The notes under the pieces were generated by a model. It searched no databases. It saw only the letters and a program-made list of their open reading frames with translations, and was not told the origin of the DNA. A DNA stretch of 64,000 bases from Eledone cirrhosa (lineage: Eukaryota). Shown piece after piece: positions 27,839 to 39,189 of this stretch; the first letter of the stretch is position 1; every line of letters begins with the position of its first letter. Location: the NCBI GenBank assembly GCA_964016885.1, contig OZ024741.1, positions 241,490,001 through 241,554,000 of the forward strand, in the 5' to 3' direction. The position numbers and the translations under genes are program-made.

Positions 27839-27926
27839 ACATATACACATATGAATATATTATATACACATATGTATATATATATATCTATATATATATA
27901 TATACACACACAAACACACATATATA

Positions 27927-28026
27927 CAGGGTTTCCCCCAAAAAATGTATACACACTTTGATTACCTGTAAGGCATTATGTATTAGAATGCTGTTGAATT
28001 GTATATACATTTTTGGGGGATACATG
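27927..28026. mobile_element. ~100-bp Tc1/mariner-type MITE
   Basis: TA|CAGGGTTTCCCCCAAAAAATGTATACA ... TGTATATACATTTTTGGGGGATACATG inverted termini. Confidence 0.6.
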
Positions 28027-28809
28027 TTCATTCACTCAACAAAGCCACAAAACAGAAGAATTGCCACAAAATATTTATATCACTGACCAAAACAAAGATA
28101 TTAGGGAGCCTATAAATGACTACCCTCACTTGATGTGTTAGAAATAGCAGCGAAATCTCCCTCAAATCAGACTACACTGTTTTAAACTTAAAATTAAAAG
28201 TCACACTAGACAACATATAGTACTTGATATGTAAAAAATATGGTATGGGATGGGATAGTCATGGATGGTATGCATTTAGTATAGTTTTGGTCAATCTGGG
28301 CTGACCTGTGGTCAAGCAGCAACAACAACAACAACAACAACAACGTACTCATCATCATCATCATCATCATCAACAACAACAACAACAGTAAAACTACAAA
28401 TAACATCTATGGCAGCCATCTTTCACACCATGTGCAGGCAGTAGTCCCATCTAATTAAATGTTGACCCTGTAGCTAATTAGATCGCCATGCCATTAACTC
28501 TGTGCCACTTCTCTATTCCCTTAGGTTTCACATAGGTGAAAATGAAGCCAATTTAAAGCCAAATTAGAACTAATAGCAATTTACATATGCAAGCTGACCT
28601 ACTTGTGTATATGTGTACATGTCTGTGTGTATGTATCTAGTTTTCTATGTATGCATGTTTGTGTATGTACATGTGTGTTATAAACATATACATATATTGA
28701 TGTATGCATTTCTACATACTTTCTTCATCTCTGCACTCCCCCCCCCCTCTAATTATATATATATATATAAATGCATACATACATACACATATACATACAC
28801 ACTAACACA

Positions 28810-28858
<49 letters not shown>

Positions 28859-29011
28859 ATGAGAGGTATACAAATATATGTGTATACATACATATACATG
28901 TATATATAAACATATATTTTTCACAAGTATGTGAGATTGTATGTTGTCGACCTTAACCAGGAAAGGAAAAAAATAGGTATATTGTATCTACTATTCCTTT
29001 TTATAATATTT

Positions 29012-29050
<39 letters not shown>

Positions 29051-29062
29051 CTTTAGTGTATG

Positions 29063-29188
29063 TCATCATCATCATCATCATCATCACCGTTTTACGTCCA
29101 TTCTTTCACGTTAGCATGGGTTAGACGGGTTGTCCTGTTGTGGGCAATGCCAGGTCGGGTGACCGTGTCTTCCTCATACAGGAACTGA
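29063..29188 (-). mobile_element. RTE family R1 3' tail fragment
   Basis: Reverse complement of 30067-30193. Confidence 0.8.
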
Positions 29189-29275
29189 TATATATATATA
29201 TATATATATATTTGTGTGTGAGTGTGTGCTTAGTGCATATATGTGTATGAGGGTGTGCGTATATATATATATATA

Positions 29276-30193
29276 GGGAGGGCTCTGTAGAAACAGTAGA
29301 CAGCTTCTGCTACCTAGGTGACCGAATTAGCAGCGGAGGTGGGTGTTCAGAAAGTACAATAACTAGGGTAAGAATGGGATGGAAGAAGTTTAGGGAACTA
29401 CTGCCACTGCTAGCTGCAAAAGGCTTTTCCCTCAAAATGAAAGGCAGACTGTATGATGCGTGTATCCAAACAGCGATGTTGCATGGTAGTGAGACCTGGG
29501 CGCTGAAGGTTGAAGACTTACGTAGATTAGAGAGAAATGAAGCCTGCATGCTCCGATGGATGTGTAACAGTAATATACATGAACGACAAAGCATAAATGA
29601 ATTGAGAGAGAGACTGAGCATAAGAGGAATCAAATGCTGTGTGCAGGAGAGGCAGTTGCGCTGGTATGGACATGTGATGCGTATGAAGGATGACAGCTGC
29701 ATAAAAAGGTGCAGAGCACTAGAAGTCGTTGGAAATTGCGGAGTGAGGGGACCCAAGATGACCTGGGATGAGGTGATAAAAGCCGACCTTACCCAATTAC
29801 ACCTCTCAAAGGCGATGACACACGACCGTGACCTCTGGCATCATGCAGTAATACAGAGTACCCGACCTCCCATGGGTACAAGCTGAAGCATATAGACAAT
29901 ATTCCCCCACACCCCCCACTGCAAGGTGGTCGTGGAGGTGCCACGGCAAAAAAGCACCCAGCCCACACTGTAAAGTGGACGTGTAGGCGCCACAAAAAAG
30001 CACCCAGCACTCACTGTAAATGAGGTTGGTGTTAGGAAGGGCATCCAGCTGTAGAAATCAAGCCAAATCAGTTCCTGTATGAGCAAGGCATGGTCAGCAG
30101 ACCAGACACTGCCCACAACAGGACAACCCGTCTAACCCATGCTAGCGTGGAAGAACGGACGTAAAACGGTGATGATGATGATGATGATGATGA
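29276..30193 (+). mobile_element. 5'-truncated RTE LINE (family R1)
   Basis: VDSFCYLGD, GWKKFRELLPLL, MLHGSETW, LRWYGHVMR; 3' UTR and (GAT)n tail; highly similar to 51563-52470. Confidence 0.92.
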
Positions 30194-30461
30194 TAAGCTT
30201 TCTATGGCTAGATGCCCATCCTATCACCAACCACTTAACAGCATGTATTGGGTGCATTTATCATGTAGTTCACTCACAAAGCATTGGTCAATCTGAAGCT
30301 ATAGTGAAAATAAAAGTGATATTGAACCTAGAAAAACGTGGATGTGAAGGAAATTCCTTGATCATATAATAGCTGTGCTAGCATATATATTCAAACTGAG
30401 CTGAAGATCCGCATAAGGTGAAACATTTGTTCTCGGTATGGTGAACTAACGGTTGTGGAAC

Positions 30462-30498
<37 letters not shown>

Positions 30499-30544
30499 GT
30501 GTGAGTGTGTGCTTAGTGCATATATGTGTATGAGGGTGTGCGTG

Positions 30545-30576
<32 letters not shown>

Positions 30577-30845
30577 GTTCCACAACCGTTAGTTCACCAT
30601 ACCGAGAACAAATGTTTCACCTTATGCGGATCTTCAGCTCAGTTTGAATATATATGCTAGCACAGCTATTATATGATCAAGGAATTTTCCTTCACATCCA
30701 CGTTTTTCTAGGTTCAATATCACTTTTATTTTCACTATAGCTTCAGATTGACCAATGCTTTGTGAGTGAACTACATGATAAATGCACCCAATACATGCTG
30801 TTAAGTGGTTGGTGATAGGATGGGCATCTAGCCATAGAAAGCTTA
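30194..30845. repeat. ~276-bp near-perfect inverted duplication (30194-30469 / 30569-30845) containing a family B pLTR end
   Basis: ORFs 30139+ and 30634- share their translation; arms differ by about one indel. Confidence 0.92.
30395..30437 (+). ncRNA. Minimal hammerhead-like ribozyme, family B (mirror 30601-30643, minus)
   Basis: ACTGAG-CTGAAGA-TCCGCATAAGGT-GAAA-CATTTG-TT-CTCGGT; 6-bp stem I, near-palindromic stem III, weak stem II. Confidence 0.65.
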
Positions 30846-31113
30846 CCAAACGAAGGTTTGAGAGGGGCCTTAAGGTGAGTCAAAGACATGACATCCTCCC
30901 TAGTGCTGGTGCCATGATAAAAGGAATTTGGTAGAACATAAGATGATATGTAAGCAAAATACAAGTTCAAGATGTGGCTGCTGAGATCAGTAAACCCATA
31001 TCAGATCTGACTTAGTGTGAAGATTGTTCCAACCCTACAGGCAGGGAATGTTGATGTTAAATGATGATGATGATGAATGATTTATATATATGTATATACA
31101 CACACACACACAC

Positions 31114-31196
<83 letters not shown>

Positions 31197-31236
31197 TATA
31201 TATGTATACCTATATACATATATACACACACACACT

Positions 31237-31283
<47 letters not shown>

Positions 31284-31349
31284 ACATATATACATATATA
31301 CACACACACACACACTCACATATATATATATATATATAAAGAGAGAGAA

Positions 31350-31558
31350 AATGACCGATAAGTGTTTTAAAAGCTGGTGCAATACAATAGAAAATATGGC
31401 AAATGATGGTGAATGAAACAAAACAGACCAAAGTAATGTTTTAACCAGTGTATTTTTTAAAAGTATTATTTTGTTTCGTTTTGTTTCATTTACCATCATT
31501 TACCCTTTTTATTTTCTATTGTATTATACTGGCTTTTAAAAATAACTTATTGGTCATT
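31350..31558. repeat. Degenerate ~95-bp inverted repeat
   Basis: AATGACCGATAAG..AATACAATAGAAAAT..AAATGATGGTGAATGAAACAAAAC mirrored on the right with substitutions. Confidence 0.75.
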
Positions 31559-31624
31559 GACTACATATCTCGCAATACTTTGTATTAACTACACTACTCT
31601 CTCTCTTACTCTCTTGATCTCTCT

Positions 31625-32073
31625 ATCATCATCATCATCATCACCATTTTATGTCGATTCTTCTACGCTAGCATGGGTTAGACGGATTGTCCTGTTGTGG
31701 GCAGTGTCCAGTCGGCTGACCTTATCTTGCTCATACAGGAACTGATTCTGGCTTGATTTCTACAGTCGGATGCCCTTCCTAACACCAACCTCATTTAGAG
31801 TGAGTGCTGGATGCTTTTTTTTTTTCTGTGGTGCTTACACGTCCACTCTACAGTGTGGGCTGGGTGCTTTTTTGCCGTGGCACCTCCACGACCACTTTGC
31901 AGTGGAATGATAGGGACCCCAGTCCTATCATCTCATTTCTACAGCTGAATAAACTGGATCAATGTGAAATAAAGTGTCTTGCTCAAGGAAACAATACATC
32001 ACCTGGTCCGAGAATTGAACTCACAACCTTTCGATTGCAAGCCCAATACTCTAACCACTAAGCCATGTGCCTT

Positions 32074-32074
<1 letters not shown>
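31625..32074 (-). mobile_element. SINE S2 head fused to full RTE R1 3' tail
   Basis: S2 tRNA head at ~32074-31900; tail follows LINE sequence 29916-30193. Confidence 0.8.
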
Positions 32075-32166
<92 letters not shown>

Positions 32167-32186
32167 TTGTATGTGTATATATATAT

Positions 32187-32402
32187 AATTGTTTATGATT
32201 TTTCACAACGCCAGCAATTTTGGGAGCGGGGAAAGTTAATCAAATCAACCCCACTTCATGACTGGTACTTTATTTTATCTACCTTTTAAGGATGAAAGGA
32301 AAACTTAATCTCAATAGGATTTGAACTCAGAGCGTAAAGGGCTGCAACTCTATGCTGCAATGCATATTGTTCAATGCTCTACCAACTCTGCCAATCTACC
32401 AA
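32187..32402 (-). mobile_element. SINE S1-related, degenerate
   Basis: CTGGTACTTTATTTTATC and GATTTGAACTCAG motifs. Confidence 0.7.
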
Positions 32403-32449
32403 CATAATAAAGTTATATCCGTATTTATGCCTCTACAGCTAACCATGAC

Positions 32450-32890
32450 TACATGAATGTATATACTCTGAACGCCTTGCTTCCCTGGGCATGGATACAT
32501 TGAAGCTCCGACGTCTGGCAACTGACTTGGTAAAGACCCACAAAATTATTAACCATCTTTCCAACAACAACCCTGAGCACCTTTTTGAACTCCATGTGTC
32601 TAACACACGTGGACATGCCTACAAAGTCAGAAAACAACACAGCTCCCATGACTTTTGGAAACATTCTTTCAGGCTCAGAGTTGCTGTAGCATGGAACAAA
32701 CTCCCTGCATCAGTTGTTAGCTGTCGAGACACTGCATCCTTTAAAACCTCCATGCTTCCTGAAATTTGCCAAAACTACACCTGGTATCCCCCCTCCAAAC
32801 ACACGCACACATGTATTTCATGACTCATACACTGTTCCCCTTTTGACATTTGTACATTATTCTATGTACTATACATGCACAATAATTTCA
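32450..32890 (+). mobile_element. CR1-group LINE 3' fragment
   Basis: TLKLRRLATDL..TRGHAYKV..F.LRVAVAWNKLPASVV..SFK, a typical CR1 ORF2 C-terminus. Confidence 0.85.
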
Positions 32891-33001
32891 TTATCTTTAT
32901 ATGAATTTTAGCATTTTTAATTGATTTCAAATCTTGTTGGTTTTTCATTATAAGGTATATAGACAATCCAAACAACCTATAGGAAATATTTTATATACTA
33001 T

Positions 33002-33345
33002 GGAGGCACATGGCTTAGTGGTTAGAGCATTGACCTTGCAATCGAAAGGTTGTGAGTTCAATTCTCAGACCGGGTGATGTGTTGTTTCCTTGAGCAAGAC
33101 ACTTTATTTCACATTGCTCCAGTTTACTCAGCTGTAGAAATGAGATGATAGGGACTGGGTTCCCTATCATTCCACTGCAAAGTGGACGTGTAGGCGCCAC
33201 GGAAAAAAAAGCACCCAGCACTCACTGTAAATGAGGTTGGTGTTAGGAAGGGCATCCAGCTGTAGAAATCAAGCCAAAATCAGTTCCCGTCCCACCCTTG
33301 CAAGCAAGGAAAAGCGGACGTAAAATGAAATGACGATGAATGATG
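33002..33345 (+). mobile_element. SINE S2, full length
   Basis: A-box TGGCTTAGTGG, B-box GAGTTCAATTC, CCTTGAGCAAGACACTT core, RTE-derived 3' part, GAT-rich end. Confidence 0.9.
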
Positions 33346-33541
33346 ATACTATCAATCATAGTAGTATCCTGAAATGGATGTATTAATTTGTATACTATTA
33401 GCCCTCATATTTGGTAGTTAATTCAGATGTATATTAAGTTGTGCACTAAGCAGCCAAAGTAGATATAGTTCTATCTATACATATAACTGAAATTGTGTAA
33501 ATGTATATGTAATATAAATGTACACATTTTTAGTAGAGAGA

Positions 33542-33577
<36 letters not shown>

Positions 33578-33581
<4 letters not shown>

Positions 33582-33765
33582 AACGAGTAGGACCCCGACG
33601 GCTGAGCTCAAGCCGTTTCAACGGCTAATTCTTATTTTTGTTATTTATTTAGTCCATAATTAGCCGTCGGGGTCCTACTCGTTCCTATTACCCACTCTAC
33701 TACCCTAAGTATTGAGTACTTTGGTGCGTTATGGTCCACCTGGTTCCTTACCACATTTCCTTCGT

Positions 33766-33766
<1 letters not shown>
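33578..33766. mobile_element. Fold-back pLTR insertion, family C
   Basis: Inverted arms plus 79-nt tail; reverse orientation of 50861-51064; right arm lost 23 nt between AGCCGTC repeats; TA flanks. Confidence 0.75.
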
Positions 33767-33802
<36 letters not shown>

Positions 33803-34024
33803 AAACATACACACACACACATGCATGTGCATGCAAACACACACACATATATATACAGATACAGCTATTTATTACATTAACAAATCCTACTTCTGTATAT
33901 ATGCGTTTCATCATAGTTAAATTTGTCTGATCTTCAGTCTGGCCGAGCTCTGTCAGTCGATTTGACATAGCCAATGAAACTGTATATCCAGAAGCATAAT
34001 TTGTTAGCATAATAAATATATATA

Positions 34025-34358
34025 TCATCATTCATCATCATTTCATTTTACGTCTGCTTTTCCCTGCTTGCAAGGGTGGGACGGGAACTGATTCTGGCTT
34101 GATTTCTACAGCTGGATGCCCTTCCTAACACCAACCTCATTTACAGTGAGTGCTGGGTGCTTTTTTGCCATAGCACCTCCACGACCACTTTGCAGTGGAA
34201 TGATAGGGACCCCAGTCCCTATCATCTCATTTCTATAGCTGAGTAAACTGGAGCAATGTGAAATAAAGTGTCTTGCTCAAGGAAACAACACATCACCTGG
34301 TCTGAGAATTGAACTCAACCTTTCGATTGCAAGGCCAATGCTCTAACCACTAAGCCAT
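34025..34358 (-). mobile_element. SINE S2 copy
   Basis: Reverse complement of 33002-33345. Confidence 0.88.
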
Positions 34359-34378
34359 ATTTATATATATGTATAATA

Positions 34379-34578
34379 GTAGAATACTGGAGGGTTATAT
34401 CCATAGTAGTAGAGCACTCAGTCCATGGGACAAGTTTGGTAGAAGTAGTTCCACAACAGTTAGTTCACCATAGCGAGAACAAATGTTTCACCTTATGCAG
34501 ATCTTCAGCTCGAAGATCCGCATAAGGTGAAACATTTGTTCTCGCTATGGTGAACTAACTGTTGTGCAACTACTTCTA
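34379..34578. mobile_element. Fold-back pLTR insertion, family B
   Basis: 67-bp arms 34440-34506 / 34512-34578, 61-nt tail on the left; hammerhead-like motif at 34474-34512 (minus). Confidence 0.78.
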
Positions 34579-34624
34579 TATATATGTATATATTTATTTA
34601 CACATACATACATATGTATGTAAG

Positions 34625-34674
<50 letters not shown>

Positions 34675-34684
34675 TGTATATTGT

Positions 34685-34968
34685 TCTTCTTCACATACTT
34701 AATTCCGAAAGGGTTATGAGGGCAGACTCCTTAAACAGTCCTTTCAGCAGGTCCTGTCAGAAGCAACCATCTCCAACTGATCCAGGTGGATCCCCAAGCA
34801 AGACCATCCAAGCTCATGGATTTTGCTGGTGGTCTATCCTTGGGACTCCTGCCGGATGGTTTTTGCCTACAAAATTTGTCCAACGATTCTTTCCTGAGAC
34901 ATTCTAACCACATGCCTATTGCATTGGAACTGTGATCTCTTAATTCAGAGAAGTAGTGACTCTACCGG
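34685..34968 (-). mobile_element. RTE family R2 3' fragment
   Basis: Reverse complement similar to 27540-27838. Confidence 0.7.
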
Positions 34969-35059
34969 TGTACATATAAATAGAACAGATACCACTGGAC
35001 ATTTTGTCCACTGCCAAAAAAGGTTTTGCCATGTCGCCGCCTTATTAATATACCCTCAG

Positions 35060-35655
35060 AGGGGATCAGTAATGTAGGCGGGAAGCCGCTAGAATTGGTT
35101 GAGGACTTCCTGTATTTGGGAGCAAAGATTGGGAATACAGAAGATGATGTGGTTGAAAGGAAGAGCAAAGCTTGGGCAGCGTGCTATAGCTTGAGATCGG
35201 TGTGGAAGTCGGACCTTCGTAAAGACTTGAAAATCCGCCTCTTCATTGCTGTAGTGGAGTCTGTGCTGCTGTACGGGTCAGAGACTTGAACACTGACCAA
35301 GAAACTCATTCAGATGGTGGATGGGTGCTACACGAGAATGCTGTGGATGGCTCTGAACATTAATCAGTATACACTGAAGATGGAAAACTCAGAGCTGTAT
35401 GGGAGCCTCCCAAAAGTCAGCTCAAAAGTGACACAGAGGAGACTGAGGTTGGCTGGACATGCTCACCGACATCCAGAGTTGACATTGCACTCAGTGCTCC
35501 TGTGGGAGCCCCTACATGGACACACTGGAAGAGGAAGACCAAGGTTAACGTATGTTGATGCCCTAAGGACAGACACTGGTCTGTTGCAGACGCAGGACAT
35601 GGCAGCGATAATGAGGGACAGAGGCCGCTGAAGAGAATTCGTCCATGGATCTCGG
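35060..35655 (+). mobile_element. RTE-group LINE 3' fragment (third family)
   Basis: VEDFLYLGA, VESVLLYGSET*, RRLRLAGH, GRGRPRLTYVD. Confidence 0.85.
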
Positions 35656-35877
35656 GAATTTTACCTGCCCTAGAAAAAAAAGAATATTTATGTGAAAAAA
35701 GAAGTGATTGTTGAAGCATTTGAATAAATATGATAAAAGGTTAGTAAACCATTATAGATGGTAGAAAATGTTGGAATTGTATATATATATATATATATAT
35801 TAGCTTTACTTTACCATATAAGTATATTCATGGGAACTGTATTATTCTCAAACACATTCAGACTTACTATCTAATTC

Positions 35878-35879
<2 letters not shown>

Positions 35880-35918
<39 letters not shown>

Positions 35919-35964
35919 TGTATATCTATGTATATATATATATATATATATATAAGTGTATATC

Positions 35965-36038
<74 letters not shown>

Positions 36039-36069
36039 ATATATGTATATATATCTATGTATATCTATG

Positions 36070-36123
<54 letters not shown>

Positions 36124-36173
36124 ATATATGTATATATATATGTATATATATGTATATATATATATATATATGC

Positions 36174-36228
<55 letters not shown>

Positions 36229-36233
36229 GTATA

Positions 36234-36304
<71 letters not shown>
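35880..36304. repeat. Compound (TA)n
   Basis: Direct inspection. Confidence 0.95.
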
Positions 36305-36306
<2 letters not shown>

Positions 36307-36384
36307 CTAAAATCCAAAGAGGGCTCGGTAAGGAAAATATATATCAAATATATAAGAACCGTAGAGCAAATATTTATTAAAATA

Positions 36385-36460
36385 ACAGATTAAAGTTTAA
36401 GCAAAGAATCGCTGCTTTCACCCTTAACGGGATCTTCTGAAACTAACAAAGTCAATCTGT
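36385..36460 (-). ncRNA. Extended type I hammerhead-like ribozyme with variant core CAGAAGA (family D)
   Basis: ACAGATTGA..AGTTT-CAGAAGA-TCCCGTTAAGGGT-GAAA-GCAG..TTGC-TT-AAACT-TTAATCTGT; homologues at 24767-24842, 25204-25279, 42582-42657, 63655-63730. Confidence 0.65.
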
Positions 36461-37371
36461 AAACGCAGAACTGGATATTTCAAAAAATGTTGCAACTGGA
36501 GGAAGACAGGAAGACGATACTTTGGTTCGTGGTAACGTTCGCTGGCAAAGAACGGGAAAAAACGAATAATACGTCATTAATAGGAGCGGTGAAAAACAAT
36601 TACGCGCAAAGACAGAACCACGTTTATGGTATAAAAGAGGTCGTAGAGTAATGTTCTCTTAGGTGGTGCATAGAGACGTTCTCTGGCAATGAACGAAAAA
36701 ACGAAGATAATAAGTCATATGTGGAGCGTGTAGAACAATAGCACGCAAAGACAAAACCACGTAAATGGTATAGCAGAAGTTGTAGACTAAAATTCTAACT
36801 AGGAGACCAAATGAATCTCCGCTACAGAGTTAAGAACAAAGTAAATAAATACAATACAGAAGTAATAGAAACAAATAAATACATACACGCAAACAGATAC
36901 GTACATACACAAGCATACGCAAAACCTTACAATAGGTATACAAAACCACGCACATATAAATATGTGTGTGTGTGTATGCTTGTGTACAAATAAATAAATA
37001 ATTATATAAACGTATATAAGTAAATAAATACGTATATAACAAGGGCACACACATACCTACAAATAAATACACGAATGTTCGGAGACGTAGGTCAACTAAA
37101 ACAAGAAGTACACATATACACACACCCACCATACGTACGAACCTGCATACTCACGCAGACACAAAACTCCCGTATACATATAGCCAAACCCTAAATACCA
37201 GAATATGTAAAAATTATACGCCATAACAGTCAAATATACGTACGAGAAGGTATACATACCTTCACAAAACATACGGGTAATATATACTACCTATGCAAAT
37301 AAGTAAAGGAATAAACAAAACATATACTTAGCTCCCACATCAAGACGTAAAATATCCACGTATAGATCGTG

Positions 37372-37995
37372 CTATCCGTTAGGGTATAACGTGGGGCTGT
37401 AATACAGGAAAGTTTTGTGCAATTTATGTTTACAAGCCGAAATTGCCTCAGATTTTTTGTTTAAGATGTGGTCTGTGGCGTAGAGTATTTCCAGGGCCTC
37501 AGCGGCGCAGAGGTCACATGGTCTTTTATTTCCGTTATACGATCTAGCCCTAGCTAGGATCTCCCAGTGTAACTTATATTGGGTGTGGTTGTCTTTTAGA
37601 CTCCAGATATAAGCTGAAAGTGATGTCATATTCCTTCTTAGAGGGTAACGAAAAGAATGGGTATGCATGTAAAGACGCTGCTTGAAACTATTGGCGGTTA
37701 ACCCTATGTAGGCCCTACGGGACGTGGGTGTTACAACCTTACATTTGTAGACAATGTTACTAGAGAGGCATTTCCCGGATAGGGGACAATCAGCCCGATT
37801 CCTACAATTACAGTTAGTACTAACTACAGGGTTTCCCGTGTTCCTACGGCTAGGTAGTTTAGCTAAATTTGAAGCTGTGATGTTATGTGCAAGGTTAGGA
37901 GTCGTAGAGTAAGAAATTTTAACAGTGTTTCTATTAAACATTTTACTATATTTATGTGTAGGGGGAAAATGCTTCGTAATAAGGGAAAGAAAGAT

Positions 37996-37998
<3 letters not shown>
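37372..37998 (-). pseudogene. GIY-YIG endonuclease C-terminal part of PLE ORF (uninterrupted, RT lost)
   Basis: FNRNTVKISYS, CNCRNRADCPLSGKC, NIVY..AYIGLT..FKQR..H..SF, TSLSAYIW.LK, WEIL, CDLC..E..I..LNKKSE..CKH. Confidence 0.9.
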
Positions 37999-38088
<90 letters not shown>

Positions 38089-38358
38089 ACTAGCAGGTCT
38101 AAATAGATAGGGATATTTGCATATGAAAAACAATATGGGACTAGTTTATACTTAAAATATGTAGATATCTGTTTAAGGGAAGAGGAATATTATATAGTAG
38201 TGCGGTATTATGATTGTTTATAATGGCTTATGTGAAGAATTATATAGATAAGATGAAATGATGTGCCATTAAAAAACAGGAACGGATCTGCTGAAATAAA
38301 TTAATATATTTTAACGTGGCATTGAGTACTTTTTCTCTGGAATTCATTAACACACAAT

Positions 38359-38420
<62 letters not shown>

Positions 38421-38432
38421 CATATGAATATA

Positions 38433-38470
<38 letters not shown>

Positions 38471-38921
38471 TCGTTACAAGGTTTATATATATATGTGAGT
38501 GTGAGTGTGTGTATGAATATATACATATTACATATATATATACACATAAATATATTAATATTCAAAATACATGCGCATATATATATATATATATATATAC
38601 ACAGATTATATATCAATAATGAATGCTTATGTGATGCAAATGTAAAGAAATTCATAGATATCATTTTATGTTATGTTGTATAGAGCCAGTAATATATTTA
38701 TACTTTAATAGATATTATCACACAGTCACAAACACACACATTCACAGACACACACACACACATAATGCTGTCTATGTATAAATGAACATTTTTGTAAATG
38801 CATATAACATTATATGTAAATATTACAAATAACAAAGGAAATTTAATGTATTTGACTCATTTACAAACTGAACATGTGTATGTGATTATATATAGACACA
38901 CATACACACATACATATATAT

Positions 38922-39189
38922 ACCAGATAGAAAAATGCGTACAGCAAAAAAAAGTAATATTGTTGGAATATAAACCTTTAAAAATACAGGATAAGAAACT
39001 AAAATAAAACTTTAAAAGAATAGGACAAGAAACTAAGATAAAACTTTAAAAGAATAGGACAAGAAACTAAGATAAAACTTTAAAGAGTTGGACAAGAAAT
39101 AAAAAATTTTAGTTTCTTGTCCTGTATTTTTAAAGGTTTATATTCCAACAATATTACTTTTTTTTGCTGTACGCATTTTTCTATCTGGT
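38922..39189. repeat. 84-bp inverted arms enclosing about three 34-bp tandem repeats
   Basis: 38922-39005 / 39106-39189, one mismatch; unit AGGACAAGAAACTAAGATAAAACTTTAAAAGAAT. Confidence 0.88.

Larger units (their letters stand above)
36305..37998 (-). mobile_element. 5'-truncated Penelope-like element (Naiad-like), family D: endonuclease ORF, ~1-kb 3' UTR, hammerhead pLTR, tail
   Basis: Both ends abut (TA)n; GIY-YIG ORF contiguous with the family D repeat. Confidence 0.88.

Noticed and set aside
33002-33075. tRNA gene
   Set aside because: It is the head of multi-copy SINE S2; no proper acceptor stem or terminator
37372-37998. Selenoprotein-type Naiad (UGA recoding)
   Set aside because: No in-frame TGA in the retained ORF; no SECIS identifiable by eye
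37999-38133. N-terminus of the 253-aa ORF
   Set aside because: Read-through of (TA)n flank, not part of the PLE protein
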